Assembly: GCF_014876775.1 (NCBI RefSeq)
Contig: NZ_CP062310.1
Span: forward strand, 875,699-907,698
Direction: 5' to 3'
DNA from: Infirmifilum lucidum
GTDB lineage: Archaea > Thermoproteota > Thermoprotei > Thermofilales > Thermofilaceae
Length of the DNA: 32,000 nt
The position numbers and the translations under genes are program-made. Below are positions 1 through 7,370 of this stretch, one piece after another. Position 1 is the stretch's first letter. Every line of letters starts with the position of its first letter. Under the pieces are notes generated by a model that saw only the letters and a program-made list of their open reading frames with translations, made no database searches and was not told where the DNA came from.

Positions 1-912
1 TTTTCTAAGCAACCCTTCGAGGTCGGGCATTCCGAGAAGCCTGGCAACGAATTTATAGGGGTCGAAGGCCTCAAAGTCGTCTAGCTTTTCACCGGTTCCG
101 ATGAACGCCACCTTAGCCCCCGTAGACGCTACAGCCGAGAGGGCGCCGCCACCCTTAGCCGACCCGTCGAGTTTCGTGACGACGACATGGCCTAGAGGAA
201 CCTTCTCCTTGAAGGCTATAGCCTGCTTAGCTACCCCTTTTCCTTGAGTCGCGTCTACGACAAGTATTACGTCGTCTGGTTTGAGTTTCTCGTAAATCTC
301 GGAGACCTCCTGCATCAGTGAGACCTCATCTTTGTGGCGTCCAGCAGTATCAATTATGAAGACCTGTACGCCTCTCCCCTCTAACACCTTCACGCCCTCC
401 TCGACTATGCGGACTGGGTCTTTACACTGTGGATCCCCGTAGAAACTAACGCCTATCTTGGTAGCGAGTTGCTGGAGTTGCTCGTACGCTCCCGGCCTGT
501 ATGTGTCAGCAGCTATTAGGCCTACGCTATACCCGTTCTCTTTTAGATACTTAGCGAGCTTGGCCGCTGTAGTCGTCTTCCCAGACCCCTCTATGCCAAC
601 CAGCATGATCTTGTATGGCATCCTCCCGAGAGTGTAGGGGGTGGCGTTCTCACCTCCAAGCAGGGACACTAGCTCGTCGTAGAGAATCTTTATCAACACA
701 TCCCGCTTGCTGAAGCCTGGAGGGATTTCCCGAGAGAAAAATTTCTTCTTTATCTTCTCGGAAAGCTCGAAGACTAGTCTGACGTCGACGTCAGCCTTTA
801 GCAGAACCCTCTGAAGCTCACGTATAATGCTATCCACTTCCTTCGTATCAAGGATAACAGAGTTCTTAACCTTCTCAAGTACGCTCAAGAGTCCGCTGCG
901 GAGTGACTCCAC
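1..912 (-). CDS. srp54: Signal recognition particle GTPase SRP54, N-terminal 304 codons (3' end runs off the window)
   Basis: Own translation of the minus strand from GTG at 912 gives the N-domain [18 protein letters not shown]... Then come G-domain motifs [25 protein letters not shown] (P-loop), IIDTAGRH and [12 protein letters not shown], ending ...[15 protein letters not shown] at position 1. The frame is exact (912/3). It is missing from the ORF track, presumably because it is truncated by the window edge. Confidence 0.9.
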   Translation of the reverse strand, partial: MESLRSGLLSVLEKVKNSVILDTKEVDSIIRELQRVLLKADVDVRLVFELSEKIKKKFFSREIPPGFSKRDVLIKILYDELVSLLGGENATPYTLGRMPYKIMLVGIEGSGKTTTAAKLAKYLKENGYSVGLIAADTYRPGAYEQLQQLATKIGVSFYGDPQCKDPVRIVEEGVKVLEGRGVQVFIIDTAGRHKDEVSLMQEVSEIYEKLKPDDVILVVDATQGKGVAKQAIAFKEKVPLGHVVVTKLDGSAKGGGALSAVASTGAKVAFIGTGEKLDDFEAFDPYKFVARLLGMPDLEGLLRK

Positions 913-1066
913 GGATCAACCCCTTCAAGAATGACTAGACAACTCCGAAAATATATTAGTAGTTATCTGCTCTCGTTTCACTCTCTGCGAGCACATCTTG
1001 TGTATTGGGGGTACGGATACAAAAGGTTTTAAAGGCCGTTGAACTGAAAGATTCAGGCGTTGGGGC

Positions 1067-1288
1067 ATGGAGGGAACTATTGATCTGCTGGCAGAGTCTG
1101 TAGGGAAAAGCGTGCTCGTGAAACTTAAGGGTGGGCGCGAGATAAGGGGAATTCTCAGAAGCTACGATTACCACCTCAACCTCGTTTTAGAAAATGCCGA
1201 GGAGATCAAGAGCAATCGAACGAGGCAGTACGGGACAATAGTCGTAAGAGGCGACAACGTAGTGCTGATAAGCCCCGCTCCAGTATAG
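1067..1288 (+). CDS. Sm-like archaeal protein (SmAP/LSm)
   Basis: 72 aa with an Sm1 motif [26 protein letters not shown] and an Sm2 motif [11 protein letters not shown]. It lies directly upstream of rpl37e, the conserved archaeal Sm-L37e pair. The TATA-like ttttaaagg lies ~35-40 nt upstream. Confidence 0.9.
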   Translation: MEGTIDLLAESVGKSVLVKLKGGREIRGILRSYDYHLNLVLENAEEIKSNRTRQYGTIVVRGDNVVLISPAPV

Positions 1289-1300
1289 GGGTGAGCACGA

Positions 1301-1498
1301 GTGGTTAAAGGCACGACGTCCTTTGGGAAGAGGGGGCGGGGGAAGACTCACATCAGATGTAGGAGGTGTGGGCGCCATAGCTACAATGTAGCTAAGGGAT
1401 ACTGTGCACACTGTGGTTTTGGGCGGTCAAAGAGAATTCGCAACTACAGCTGGAAGAATAAGAAGCCGGTGACTAGGCTACGCCTGCCCGCGAAGTAA
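1301..1498 (+). CDS. rpl37e: 50S ribosomal protein L37e
   Basis: GTG start. [38 protein letters not shown] is the typical L37e zinc-ribbon sequence. Confidence 0.95.
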   Translation: MVKGTTSFGKRGRGKTHIRCRRCGRHSYNVAKGYCAHCGFGRSKRIRNYSWKNKKPVTRLRLPAK

Positions 1499-1981
1499 CA
1501 TTTTCACCTTGTAGAGTGTTATAGCGACGAGGGCGGTCGTACCTATATCTTCATCTACGCCCTCTGGGCTTATACTCTCGCCCAATTTCAGCTCCCTCAT
1601 TGAGAGGCCCGGTTCACTCCCTCCAAAGACTAGGAGTATTTTCTCACTCTCTCGGAGGTTTTTCAGTGCTTGCGCGACGGCATCCTCTAGTCTGCTACCC
1701 CCATATTTTGCCGGCATGACGAGGAAGACTTTACTCGGCTGGAGGAGTTCAATGGCCTCTGGCAGGTCTGCCAGAACCATGAAATTCTTCCCGAGCTTAT
1801 ATGCAATTTTCTGTGCTTCGGGTACTCCTACTTGGGCTGCTGCGCCAACAGCCTTTGTCACAATGAAGCTGTTAAACCCTAGTCCGTAGACTGCCCGCGC
1901 GACCTCGGCTAGGCGCTGTGAGCTGGAGGTATTGTGGAGCACGGGGATTATTATTGGCGTTTTTAACCACCTAGCTTTCAC
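1478..1981 (-). CDS. SPOUT-like (alpha/beta-knot) protein, putative RNA methyltransferase; exact family uncertain (COG4080/DUF2122-like)
   Basis: 167 aa with a GTG start. The C-terminal half has the SPOUT pattern [17 protein letters not shown] ... [15 protein letters not shown]. The start overlaps the stop of the upstream C5-MTase by 11 nt, so the two are likely co-translated. The 3' end overlaps rpl37e convergently by 21 nt. Confidence 0.6.
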   Translation of the reverse strand: MKARWLKTPIIIPVLHNTSSSQRLAEVARAVYGLGFNSFIVTKAVGAAAQVGVPEAQKIAYKLGKNFMVLADLPEAIELLQPSKVFLVMPAKYGGSRLEDAVAQALKNLRESEKILLVFGGSEPGLSMRELKLGESISPEGVDEDIGTTALVAITLYKVKMLLRGQA

Positions 1982-2930
1982 TTGTGAGGTATTTTTTAAC
2001 CTCTTTGGCTATCGCCCTAGCTAGGGGCACGGGCACTGCCTCACCTACCTGATTAAACTGGAGATCCCTGCCGCCCAGGAATACATGGTCGTCAGGGAAC
2101 CCCATGAGCCTGGCCTGCTCTCTAACAGTGAGGAGTCTGTCTTCGAACGGGTGGATGAACCGTGAAGACCCCATAACTGTGGGGGCGACACGGTAGGGGT
2201 GGAGCCTGATGACGTTCTGGAGAACCCTGCCCTCGTAGCCCCTGTACCTAACTAAAGGCTCGCCCCACTTCAGCTTTGATATGCGCTTGAGCCGGCGTGG
2301 CCCGAGGGGGACTGGCTCGTGGTTAGGTATCCCGTAGTAGGGATCTGGTGGGGGTAGATCTTTAAGTGCTTCGTATACGACCACCTTCCTCTGCTTCGGG
2401 GGGTTAATAGGTATGTTGGATATGAAGACGCGTGTCCTTTGGGACGGTGTCCCGTGCTCCTCCGCCCTTAAAATATTGAAGTATATCTTGCTGTAGCCAA
2501 CCTCAGCAAACTCTCTCCTGAGAATGGTGTCTAGACCATCGTCCATGATACCCGGAACGTTCTCCATGACGAAGACCTTCGGTTCGAGATCGCCCACAAT
2601 CCTGATAAAGTGTAGGACAAGGGAGCCGAGAGGATCGTCGTAGAGCCTCTCGTAAGGGTCTTTCCGTCTTCGAGGATTGGCGCGAGTAAACCCCTCGCAT
2701 GGCGGGCCTCCTATGACAATGTCAGGCCTGCGACCTAACAGCCTTATTATTTCCGCTGAGTGAACCTCGCGTATGTCCACGGCTAAAGCCGTGGCTTCTG
2801 GGAAGTTAGCCGCGTATGTCTCGGCGATCACGGACATGCTCTCTATGCCCAGCTCTACTCTAAACCCCTCTTCCCGGAATCCCCTTGAAAACCCTCCAGC
2901 GCCTGCAAAGAGGTCTATCAGCCTGAACAT
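1971..2930 (-). CDS. DNA (cytosine-5)-methyltransferase family protein (Dcm-like), orphan
   Basis: Motif I is FRLIDLFAGAGGFSRGF, motif IV is GGPPCEGFT (E where Q is usual), motif VI is ENVPG, motif VIII is QRTRVFI, and motif X is NQVGEAVPVPLARAI. I place the start at ATG 2930 (MFRLIDLF). The longer ORF to 2987 would run into the 3' helix and T-run of the upstream RNA gene, and a TATA-like tttttaataca (2957-2968, minus) sits ~30 nt upstream of 2930. Confidence 0.85.
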   Translation of the reverse strand: MFRLIDLFAGAGGFSRGFREEGFRVELGIESMSVIAETYAANFPEATALAVDIREVHSAEIIRLLGRRPDIVIGGPPCEGFTRANPRRRKDPYERLYDDPLGSLVLHFIRIVGDLEPKVFVMENVPGIMDDGLDTILRREFAEVGYSKIYFNILRAEEHGTPSQRTRVFISNIPINPPKQRKVVVYEALKDLPPPDPYYGIPNHEPVPLGPRRLKRISKLKWGEPLVRYRGYEGRVLQNVIRLHPYRVAPTVMGSSRFIHPFEDRLLTVREQARLMGFPDDHVFLGGRDLQFNQVGEAVPVPLARAIAKEVKKYLTSES

Positions 2931-2966
2931 ACTCCACGAGCTTGAAAACAGGGGCATTAATGTATT

Positions 2967-2971
2967 AAAAA
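2967..2971 (-). terminator. T5 run immediately after the 3' strand of the terminal helix of the RNase P-like RNA
   Basis: The minus strand reads ...tgggccactgcgctgTTTTTaataca. Oligo-T runs are the usual archaeal termination signal. Confidence 0.5.
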
Positions 2972-3282
2972 CAGCGCAGTGGCCCACTCGTACCCCCTCT
3001 TCTGTTTAAGCGGGATCAGTCTAGGGATCCACCCGGCCCTCACCGTGGCTACTCATAGGGCCTGTTTGACCCTAACCCACGCGGAGAGGGCATTTCACGC
3101 CTACCTAGGGTGTCATCTCTCCCGGTGTAGAGTTCATCTCCACACACCCCTAGGTGCATTCGCCCTCCCTCGGGTTTTCCCCGAGCCGCTTACGCGGCCG
3201 CGCGCCACGGAGGGGAGGGGGTTCCACAGCCGGCCCGTCGCCGAGGCCGGCCGGCGCCCGCTCGATGGGCCACTGCGCCGGG
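2970..3282 (-). ncRNA. rnpB: ~305-nt structured RNA, best guess RNase P RNA (divergent)
   Basis: A perfect 13-bp terminal helix joins gcgcagtggccca (3278-3266) to tgggccactgcgc (2986-2974), extended by tcg/cga. There is a TATA tttaaaa (3310-3304) ~28 nt upstream and a T5 run at the 3' end. Internal hairpins include a GUAA tetraloop (3184-3199) and cggg-gaaaa-cccg (3171-3183). ACAGAA (3005-3000) is followed by GAGGGGG (2999-2993), which pairs with CCCCCUC (3221-3215) preceded by GUGGAA; this is a P4-like arrangement. GGUAGGCGUGAAAUG (3105-3091) resembles the GGUAAGGGUGAAA module. The canonical GAGGAAAGUCC with a bulged U is not present, hence moderate confidence. Confidence 0.5.
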
Positions 3283-3303
3283 ATAAATTACGTTGTCCCG
3301 ACC

Positions 3304-3310
3304 TTTTAAA
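3304..3310 (-). promoter_or_regulatory. TATA box for the RNase P-like RNA
   Basis: tttaaaa on the minus strand, ~28 nt upstream of the first base of the terminal helix. Confidence 0.5.
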
Positions 3311-3335
3311 CCTTACACTAACTGATGAGGAACAG

Positions 3336-3660
3336 TGGCCCGGCGGCGTCCCTCCAGGGTGGCCGGGCGGTATACAGCTAACCCGCATCACCTACCTCTT
3401 ACCCTGGGTTGCTACGAACACACCCCGCCAGCCTTAGGGCCGCTCCCTCCCGGGCCTAACCCGTTTCGGCTTTCCTGTGCTTCACCCCTCCTACGAGGGG
3501 TTTAGCACAGAGCGGGGTGTCCCGCAGGCCCAGGGAGCATTAGTAGGTGTGCGGGCCAGCTGTATACCGCCGCAGGCGCCCCCGTAGGTTTACGCCCCCC
3601 GCCGTGAGCCCGTTTGCGGTTATAGGGGAGGGCTAGCCCCCCGGGGCTCCCGCCGGGCCA
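3336..3660 (-). ncRNA. ffs: Signal recognition particle RNA (7S/SRP RNA)
   Basis: The 5' ggcccggcgg (3659-3650) pairs with the 3' ccgccgggcc (3346-3337). The Alu-like 5' domain reads ggggggcuagcccucccc uauaaccgcaaac. The long helix 5 includes a 13-bp perfect segment ggcggtatacagc (3571-3559) / gctgtataccgcc, continued by cccgc/gcggg, cacctac/gtaggtg and acaccccgc/gcggggtgt. Helix 6 is a hairpin at 3510-3475. The helix 8 apex GGGUUAGGCCC-GGGA-GGGAGCGGCCC (3462-3437) matches the universal AGGNCC-GNRA-GGNAGC SRP54-binding motif. Length is ~325 nt, as in archaea. Confidence 0.85.
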
Positions 3661-3679
3661 TAAATATTACGGGAGGCGG

Positions 3680-3688
3680 GCTATTAAG
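3680..3688 (-). promoter_or_regulatory. TATA box for SRP RNA
   Basis: ccttaatag on the minus strand, centred ~25 nt upstream of the 5' end of the terminal helix (3660). Confidence 0.45.
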
Positions 3689-3767
3689 GTTTGCCCTGAC
3701 AAAGGGTGTTGTCAACTCCAGGAAATAAATATAAACCCAATGCCTGTGGTCGGCATTTGGTGTTTTA

Positions 3768-4340
3768 ATGTATAAGTTAATGGAGCTCGAGGATATAGTG
3801 AGGATCCCTCCGAGACTTTTCGGAAAACCGCTCAGGGAGGCCGTATTGGAGATGCTCAGGGAGAGCTTCGAAGGCAGGATTATCGAGGGGATAGGTCTCA
3901 TCGTTTCGGTACTTGATGCCGAAGCCTCTGAGGAGGGGTATTTAACTTTTGGGGACGGAGGATCCTACCACCAGGCCCGTTTTACGGCTTTAGTCTATAG
4001 TCCAGTAAACCAAGAGGTCGTTGAGGGAGAAGTTGTCCTCGTGGAAAACATCGGCATAACTATTAGACTTGGGGCTGTTGACGGCTTCATACATAAGTCC
4101 CAAGTTTTCCCGACCAGAGACGTTATGTACGACAGAGATCAGGGTATAGTTATAGCTGAGAGTGGCAAGAGGATAATTAGGAGAGGAGACGTGGTGAGAG
4201 CACGCGTATCTGGCGTAGGTTACGATGAGCAACGGGGTGTTATGCGCGTACGACTTACTATGAGACAGCCCTATCTCGGCAAGCTTGAATACATAAAGGA
4301 GATGATAGAGAAAGGTAAAGGTGAGAGGGAGGGTGCCTAG
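3768..4340 (+). CDS. rpoE1: DNA-directed RNA polymerase subunit E' (Rpo7/Rpb7 homolog)
   Basis: 190 aa. The N-terminal MELEDIVRIPPRLFG... is Rpb7-like, followed by an S1 domain (VVEGEVVLVENIGITIRLG...). It lies upstream of spt4, as in other archaea. TATA aaataaatataaacc is at 3723-3737. Confidence 0.9.
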   Translation: MYKLMELEDIVRIPPRLFGKPLREAVLEMLRESFEGRIIEGIGLIVSVLDAEASEEGYLTFGDGGSYHQARFTALVYSPVNQEVVEGEVVLVENIGITIRLGAVDGFIHKSQVFPTRDVMYDRDQGIVIAESGKRIIRRGDVVRARVSGVGYDEQRGVMRVRLTMRQPYLGKLEYIKEMIEKGKGEREGA

Positions 4341-4539
4341 GAGGAAGTTACCCCTTAAGGCTTGCGTAAATTGCAGAGCGCTTGTAAACGATGAGGTAGA
4401 GGTATGTCCTATATGCGGTGGCCGTGAGTTCTCAGATGACTGGGATGGTTTTGTCGCCATACTGGATGTTGAGAGGTCACAGGTCGCCAAGCTACTTAAC
4501 ATTCAGAAGCCAGGCGTCTATGCCCTCAAGGTGCGGTGA
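4321..4539 (+). CDS. spt4: Transcription elongation factor Spt4 (RpoE'')
   Basis: 72 aa with a zinc ribbon CVNCRALV...CPICGG, then WDGFVAILD. GTG start overlapping the end of rpoE1 by 20 nt. Confidence 0.85.
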   Translation: MRGRVPRRKLPLKACVNCRALVNDEVEVCPICGGREFSDDWDGFVAILDVERSQVAKLLNIQKPGVYALKVR

Positions 4540-4540
4540 A

Positions 4541-5521
4541 ATGGGTTTTGAGAGGGCATCACTACTTTCGAGACAAGTCGAGGATGTGAGCCTAGAGGTC
4601 GTCGCCGAGGAGGCAGGAAGACTGGTGAAACTCTTCGAACGAATCGGCGGCTTCTCTAGCAGGTATATAGTTAGGAGCGCTGAGGTACTAGTAGAAATGT
4701 ACAGGAGTGGAGCTACTGTTCTCATGAGTTTCCCAGCAAACCTTGTCGCAACAGGTCTTAGAGGGCTTTTTTCGGGCCTTATTAAGCATGGCCTGGTTCA
4801 CGCTGTGATAACTGCAGGCGGGACATTTGACCACGACATAGCGCGGGGACAGGGATACAAGTATTACATCGGTGATTTCGAGTACGATGATTCGTTACTG
4901 AGAGAGCTTGAAATACACAGACTGGGAAACATACTAATACCGTTTGAGAACTACGGGCCACCTATCGAGGGCTTTACTCACATGATGCTGGAAGAGTTAG
5001 TAAAGATTAAGGAGGAGTGGTCTCCTAGCGAACTGGCGTTCGAGGCTGGGAGAAGACTTCCTGACGAGAACTCTATTCTCAAGCGTGCTTTTGAGAGGAA
5101 AACCCCTATATTCGCACCCGGTATAATGGACTCTGCGTTTGGAACAGCAATATATACTTTCAATGAGAAGAGCAGGGTAAGTTCTTCACTAAAACCGGTG
5201 AGAGTAGACGTTGTAAAGGACATGGAGAGAATTGCCGACATCGTCTACTCATCTGAAAAACTTGGGGGAATAATGCTAGGCGGCGGGATATCTAAGCACC
5301 ATCTGATATGGTGGGCGCAGTTCAGGGGGGGTTTAGACTATGCTGTGTCGATAACTTCTGCACCTGAGTGGGATGGGAGTTTAAGCGGCGCCAGGACTCG
5401 GGAAGCTATAAGCTGGGGAAAAATTAAGCCGAAGGCAAACCACGTAACAGTACCCGGGGATGCAACAGTAGTTTTTCCCATAGTAATAGGCTACGTCATA
5501 CGAGAGCTGGGTGCCGTGTAA
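4541..5521 (+). CDS. dys: Deoxyhypusine synthase
   Basis: Motifs seen are FPANLVATGLRG, ITAGGTFDHD and MLGGGISKHH. I use ATG 4541 (MGFERAS...), 2 nt after the spt4 stop. The 41-codon upstream extension in the ORF track overlaps spt4 and looks non-coding. Confidence 0.9.
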   Translation: MGFERASLLSRQVEDVSLEVVAEEAGRLVKLFERIGGFSSRYIVRSAEVLVEMYRSGATVLMSFPANLVATGLRGLFSGLIKHGLVHAVITAGGTFDHDIARGQGYKYYIGDFEYDDSLLRELEIHRLGNILIPFENYGPPIEGFTHMMLEELVKIKEEWSPSELAFEAGRRLPDENSILKRAFERKTPIFAPGIMDSAFGTAIYTFNEKSRVSSSLKPVRVDVVKDMERIADIVYSSEKLGGIMLGGGISKHHLIWWAQFRGGLDYAVSITSAPEWDGSLSGARTREAISWGKIKPKANHVTVPGDATVVFPIVIGYVIRELGAV

Positions 5522-6528
5522 TGCTACACCTGGCTATTTTAGGCTTTTTTGTCTCTTTCATAGTTACAAGGGTGGTTGCAGAGCCTCTGATAAACTACCT
5601 GTGGAACCGCGGCATAGTAAGGCCTGACGCCCACAAGCCTGGGAAGCCTTCAGTCGCTCACGGTGGTGGCGTTATTCTCTTCGCGGGAATTTCCACCGGT
5701 ATCGCCTTGGTCATGACACTTTTGGGAGCCCCCCTCTCCCTCAAAGTATTAATCATTTATGCGAGCGCTACCCTATGCTTCATCGTTGGACTCGTGGACG
5801 ACATTAAAATACTCAAGGGACAGGTCAAGACATTACTAAGCATACTTGGTATTGTTCCGGTGCTTATAACAGGCCTCACTGCACCAGCCCTCATAGATTG
5901 GGGAAGGCCTGAGCTGCCCGTAATCGGGAGAATGCGCCTCACAATAATATATTGGGTTCTTATGCCCTTATCAATTGCTGGTGCAGCAAACGTCGTAAAT
6001 ATGCTAGACGTTATGAATGGAATAGTTCCGGGGACATCTATCATAATATTTCTTACGCTTGCTCTTGTAAGCCTCATGCTAGGCAAAGAGACGACGCTTA
6101 TAGTATCGCTAGTAGTGCTGGGGGCGCTCCTAGCCTATTACAAGTATAATGCCTACCCAGCAAGAGTGTTCAATGGCGATAGCGGTAGCTTATTTCTCGG
6201 CGCTTTTGTTGGAGCAATAGCTGTTGTTGATCACTTAGAGTTCATAGCTTTAACGCTGCTCCTACCCCACGTCCTCAACGGGTTCTTTATCCTAGTAAGC
6301 TTCAGAGGATTTAGAGAGCACCGGGAAGTGGGGAAGAGACCTATTAGAGTAGGAGAAGACGGTACTCTATATGCTAGCACAGACCCAGACGCCCCTCTCT
6401 CTTTAACGCGTATAATGCTTGCAGTAGGGGGGCCGTCTACAGAGAAAGAGGTTGCCAGGGCATATATAGCCCTCGAGGCGGTAGTGGCAGTACTAGCAGT
6501 AGTTTCAGTACTCCTGAGTTTCAGGTGA
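5521..6528 (+). CDS. aglH: Glycosyltransferase family 4 (MraY/WecA/AglH-like), dolichyl/polyprenyl-phosphate HexNAc-1-phosphate transferase
   Basis: Polytopic membrane protein with VGLVDDIKILKG, NVVNMLDVMNG and VFNGDSGSLFLG. The ATG overlaps the dys stop by 1 nt. Confidence 0.8.
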   Translation: MLHLAILGFFVSFIVTRVVAEPLINYLWNRGIVRPDAHKPGKPSVAHGGGVILFAGISTGIALVMTLLGAPLSLKVLIIYASATLCFIVGLVDDIKILKGQVKTLLSILGIVPVLITGLTAPALIDWGRPELPVIGRMRLTIIYWVLMPLSIAGAANVVNMLDVMNGIVPGTSIIIFLTLALVSLMLGKETTLIVSLVVLGALLAYYKYNAYPARVFNGDSGSLFLGAFVGAIAVVDHLEFIALTLLLPHVLNGFFILVSFRGFREHREVGKRPIRVGEDGTLYASTDPDAPLSLTRIMLAVGGPSTEKEVARAYIALEAVVAVLAVVSVLLSFR

Positions 6529-6773
6529 GTACGATGAAGATGGGAAGTGTGCTAGCTGTTAGTGGATCCATGATGGTTGCGGCTTGGCTGTTACTACTAG
6601 CATTTGTAATCATAGTGGAGATAGTAGCGAAAAGCTTCACCGGTATTGTGAGAGACATTATAGGACTGGGGGTATTCCTGGCTCTCATAATATTGTCTGT
6701 GTTTGCCGTGGAAACCTTCAGAACTAAGCTATTTCCAAGGATTATTTCTGAGCCCTCCTCTGCCAAAGAATAG
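6525..6773 (+). CDS. Small membrane protein, two predicted TM helices, unknown function
   Basis: The GTG start overlaps the aglH stop (GTGA); an alternative ATG is at 6534. Two hydrophobic stretches are present (MMVAAWLLLLAFVIIVEIV and IIGLGVFLALIILSVFAV). An antisense ORF of the same size exists, so coding status is not certain. Confidence 0.4.
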   Translation: MSTMKMGSVLAVSGSMMVAAWLLLLAFVIIVEIVAKSFTGIVRDIIGLGVFLALIILSVFAVETFRTKLFPRIISEPSSAKE

Positions 6774-7200
6774 TACTTGAGAGCTTTACACCATCTACAG
6801 TTAGAATTTCCACGGCGTAGACTCGTAGCGGGGGGAGACCTTTAATCCTCCTGAGGGTGTTTATTAGGAAGGCTCCATATACGGTTTCCTCAGAAATAAA
6901 GATGCAGTCAGCTAATGCATCATCAACGGCTGATCCATACACGTCCCCAATTTCTACAATTTCAACTTTGAGCTCCGGATCATACTTCGTGAGGTAGTTG
7001 AGAACTGCGGAAGCCCGCTCGGTAAAAGGCTCGACGGGATGCCTCTTACGGCTAGCAAACTTATCTGATGTGATGCCTACCAATAAGGTTTCAGAGAGCC
7101 TTGCAGCGCTACTCAGAAGGTGTTTATGGCCCTCGTGTAGTAAGGAGAACGTGCCACCCACGACGCCGCGCCTGCAGGGTTTTCTAGGGCCTTTTTCCAC
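6742..7200 (-). CDS. coaD: Phosphopantetheine adenylyltransferase, archaeal type (cytidylyltransferase fold)
   Basis: GGTFSLLHEGHKHLL (the HxGH nucleotidyltransferase motif) in a ~150-aa protein typical of archaeal PPAT. GTG start with TATA tttaaatac ~28 nt upstream. Confidence 0.8.
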   Translation of the reverse strand: MEKGPRKPCRRGVVGGTFSLLHEGHKHLLSSAARLSETLLVGITSDKFASRKRHPVEPFTERASAVLNYLTKYDPELKVEIVEIGDVYGSAVDDALADCIFISEETVYGAFLINTLRRIKGLPPLRVYAVEILTVDGVKLSSTILWQRRAQK

Positions 7201-7271
7201 AAGAGTAAATACTTAGCGCTGAGTATTTAAACGGTTTTAAAGGAAGCTGTACCATTATTGCTCCCGTAAAG

Positions 7272-7342
7272 CGTTCAGCACTCAAGATCGCATTCATCCC
7301 CTATCCTTTTAGGGGTCGTGGCCTGCCTGGGTCATCATCCAA
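7272..7342 (-). ncRNA. Candidate C/D box sRNA (weak)
   Basis: The minus strand has a C box AUGAUGA (7338-7332), a C'-like GGGAUGA and a terminal D box CUGA (7278-7275). It lies in the ORF-free gap just 3' of the aIF5A gene. The D' box is poor (ACGA) and the spacers are longer than the canonical 12 nt. Confidence 0.25.
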
Positions 7343-7370
7343 GTAAGGAACATTGATGCAGATAAAAACC

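Noticed and set aside
2931-2987. N-terminal extensions of longest ORFs (dcm to 2987; dys from 4418; HDAC from 22768; rpl7ae from 27771; rpl37ae from 11792)
   Set aside because: Each extension overlaps an upstream gene, an RNA gene or a promoter region and is unlike the family N-terminus. Internal ATGs with correctly spaced TATA elements, or tight coupling to the upstream stop, fit better.
3322-3328. C-box-like CUGAUGA on the plus strand between the two RNA genes
   Set aside because: There is no D box (CUGA) within the expected 50-70 nt downstream on that strand. The site lies between the SRP RNA 3' end and the TATA of the next RNA gene on the opposite strand.
2979-3437. ORFs 2979-3437 (+) and 3134-3391 (-), 152 and 85 aa
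   Set aside because: Both lie entirely on the two structured RNA genes. Their translations are Pro/Arg/Gly-rich low-complexity strings typical of GC-rich RNA helices read as protein, and neither has a promoter or family motif.
3620-3901. ORF 3620-3901 (-), 93 aa
   Set aside because: It spans the SRP RNA 5' end, the intergenic promoters and the antisense strand of the rpoE1 start. It has no motif and is displaced by better-supported features.
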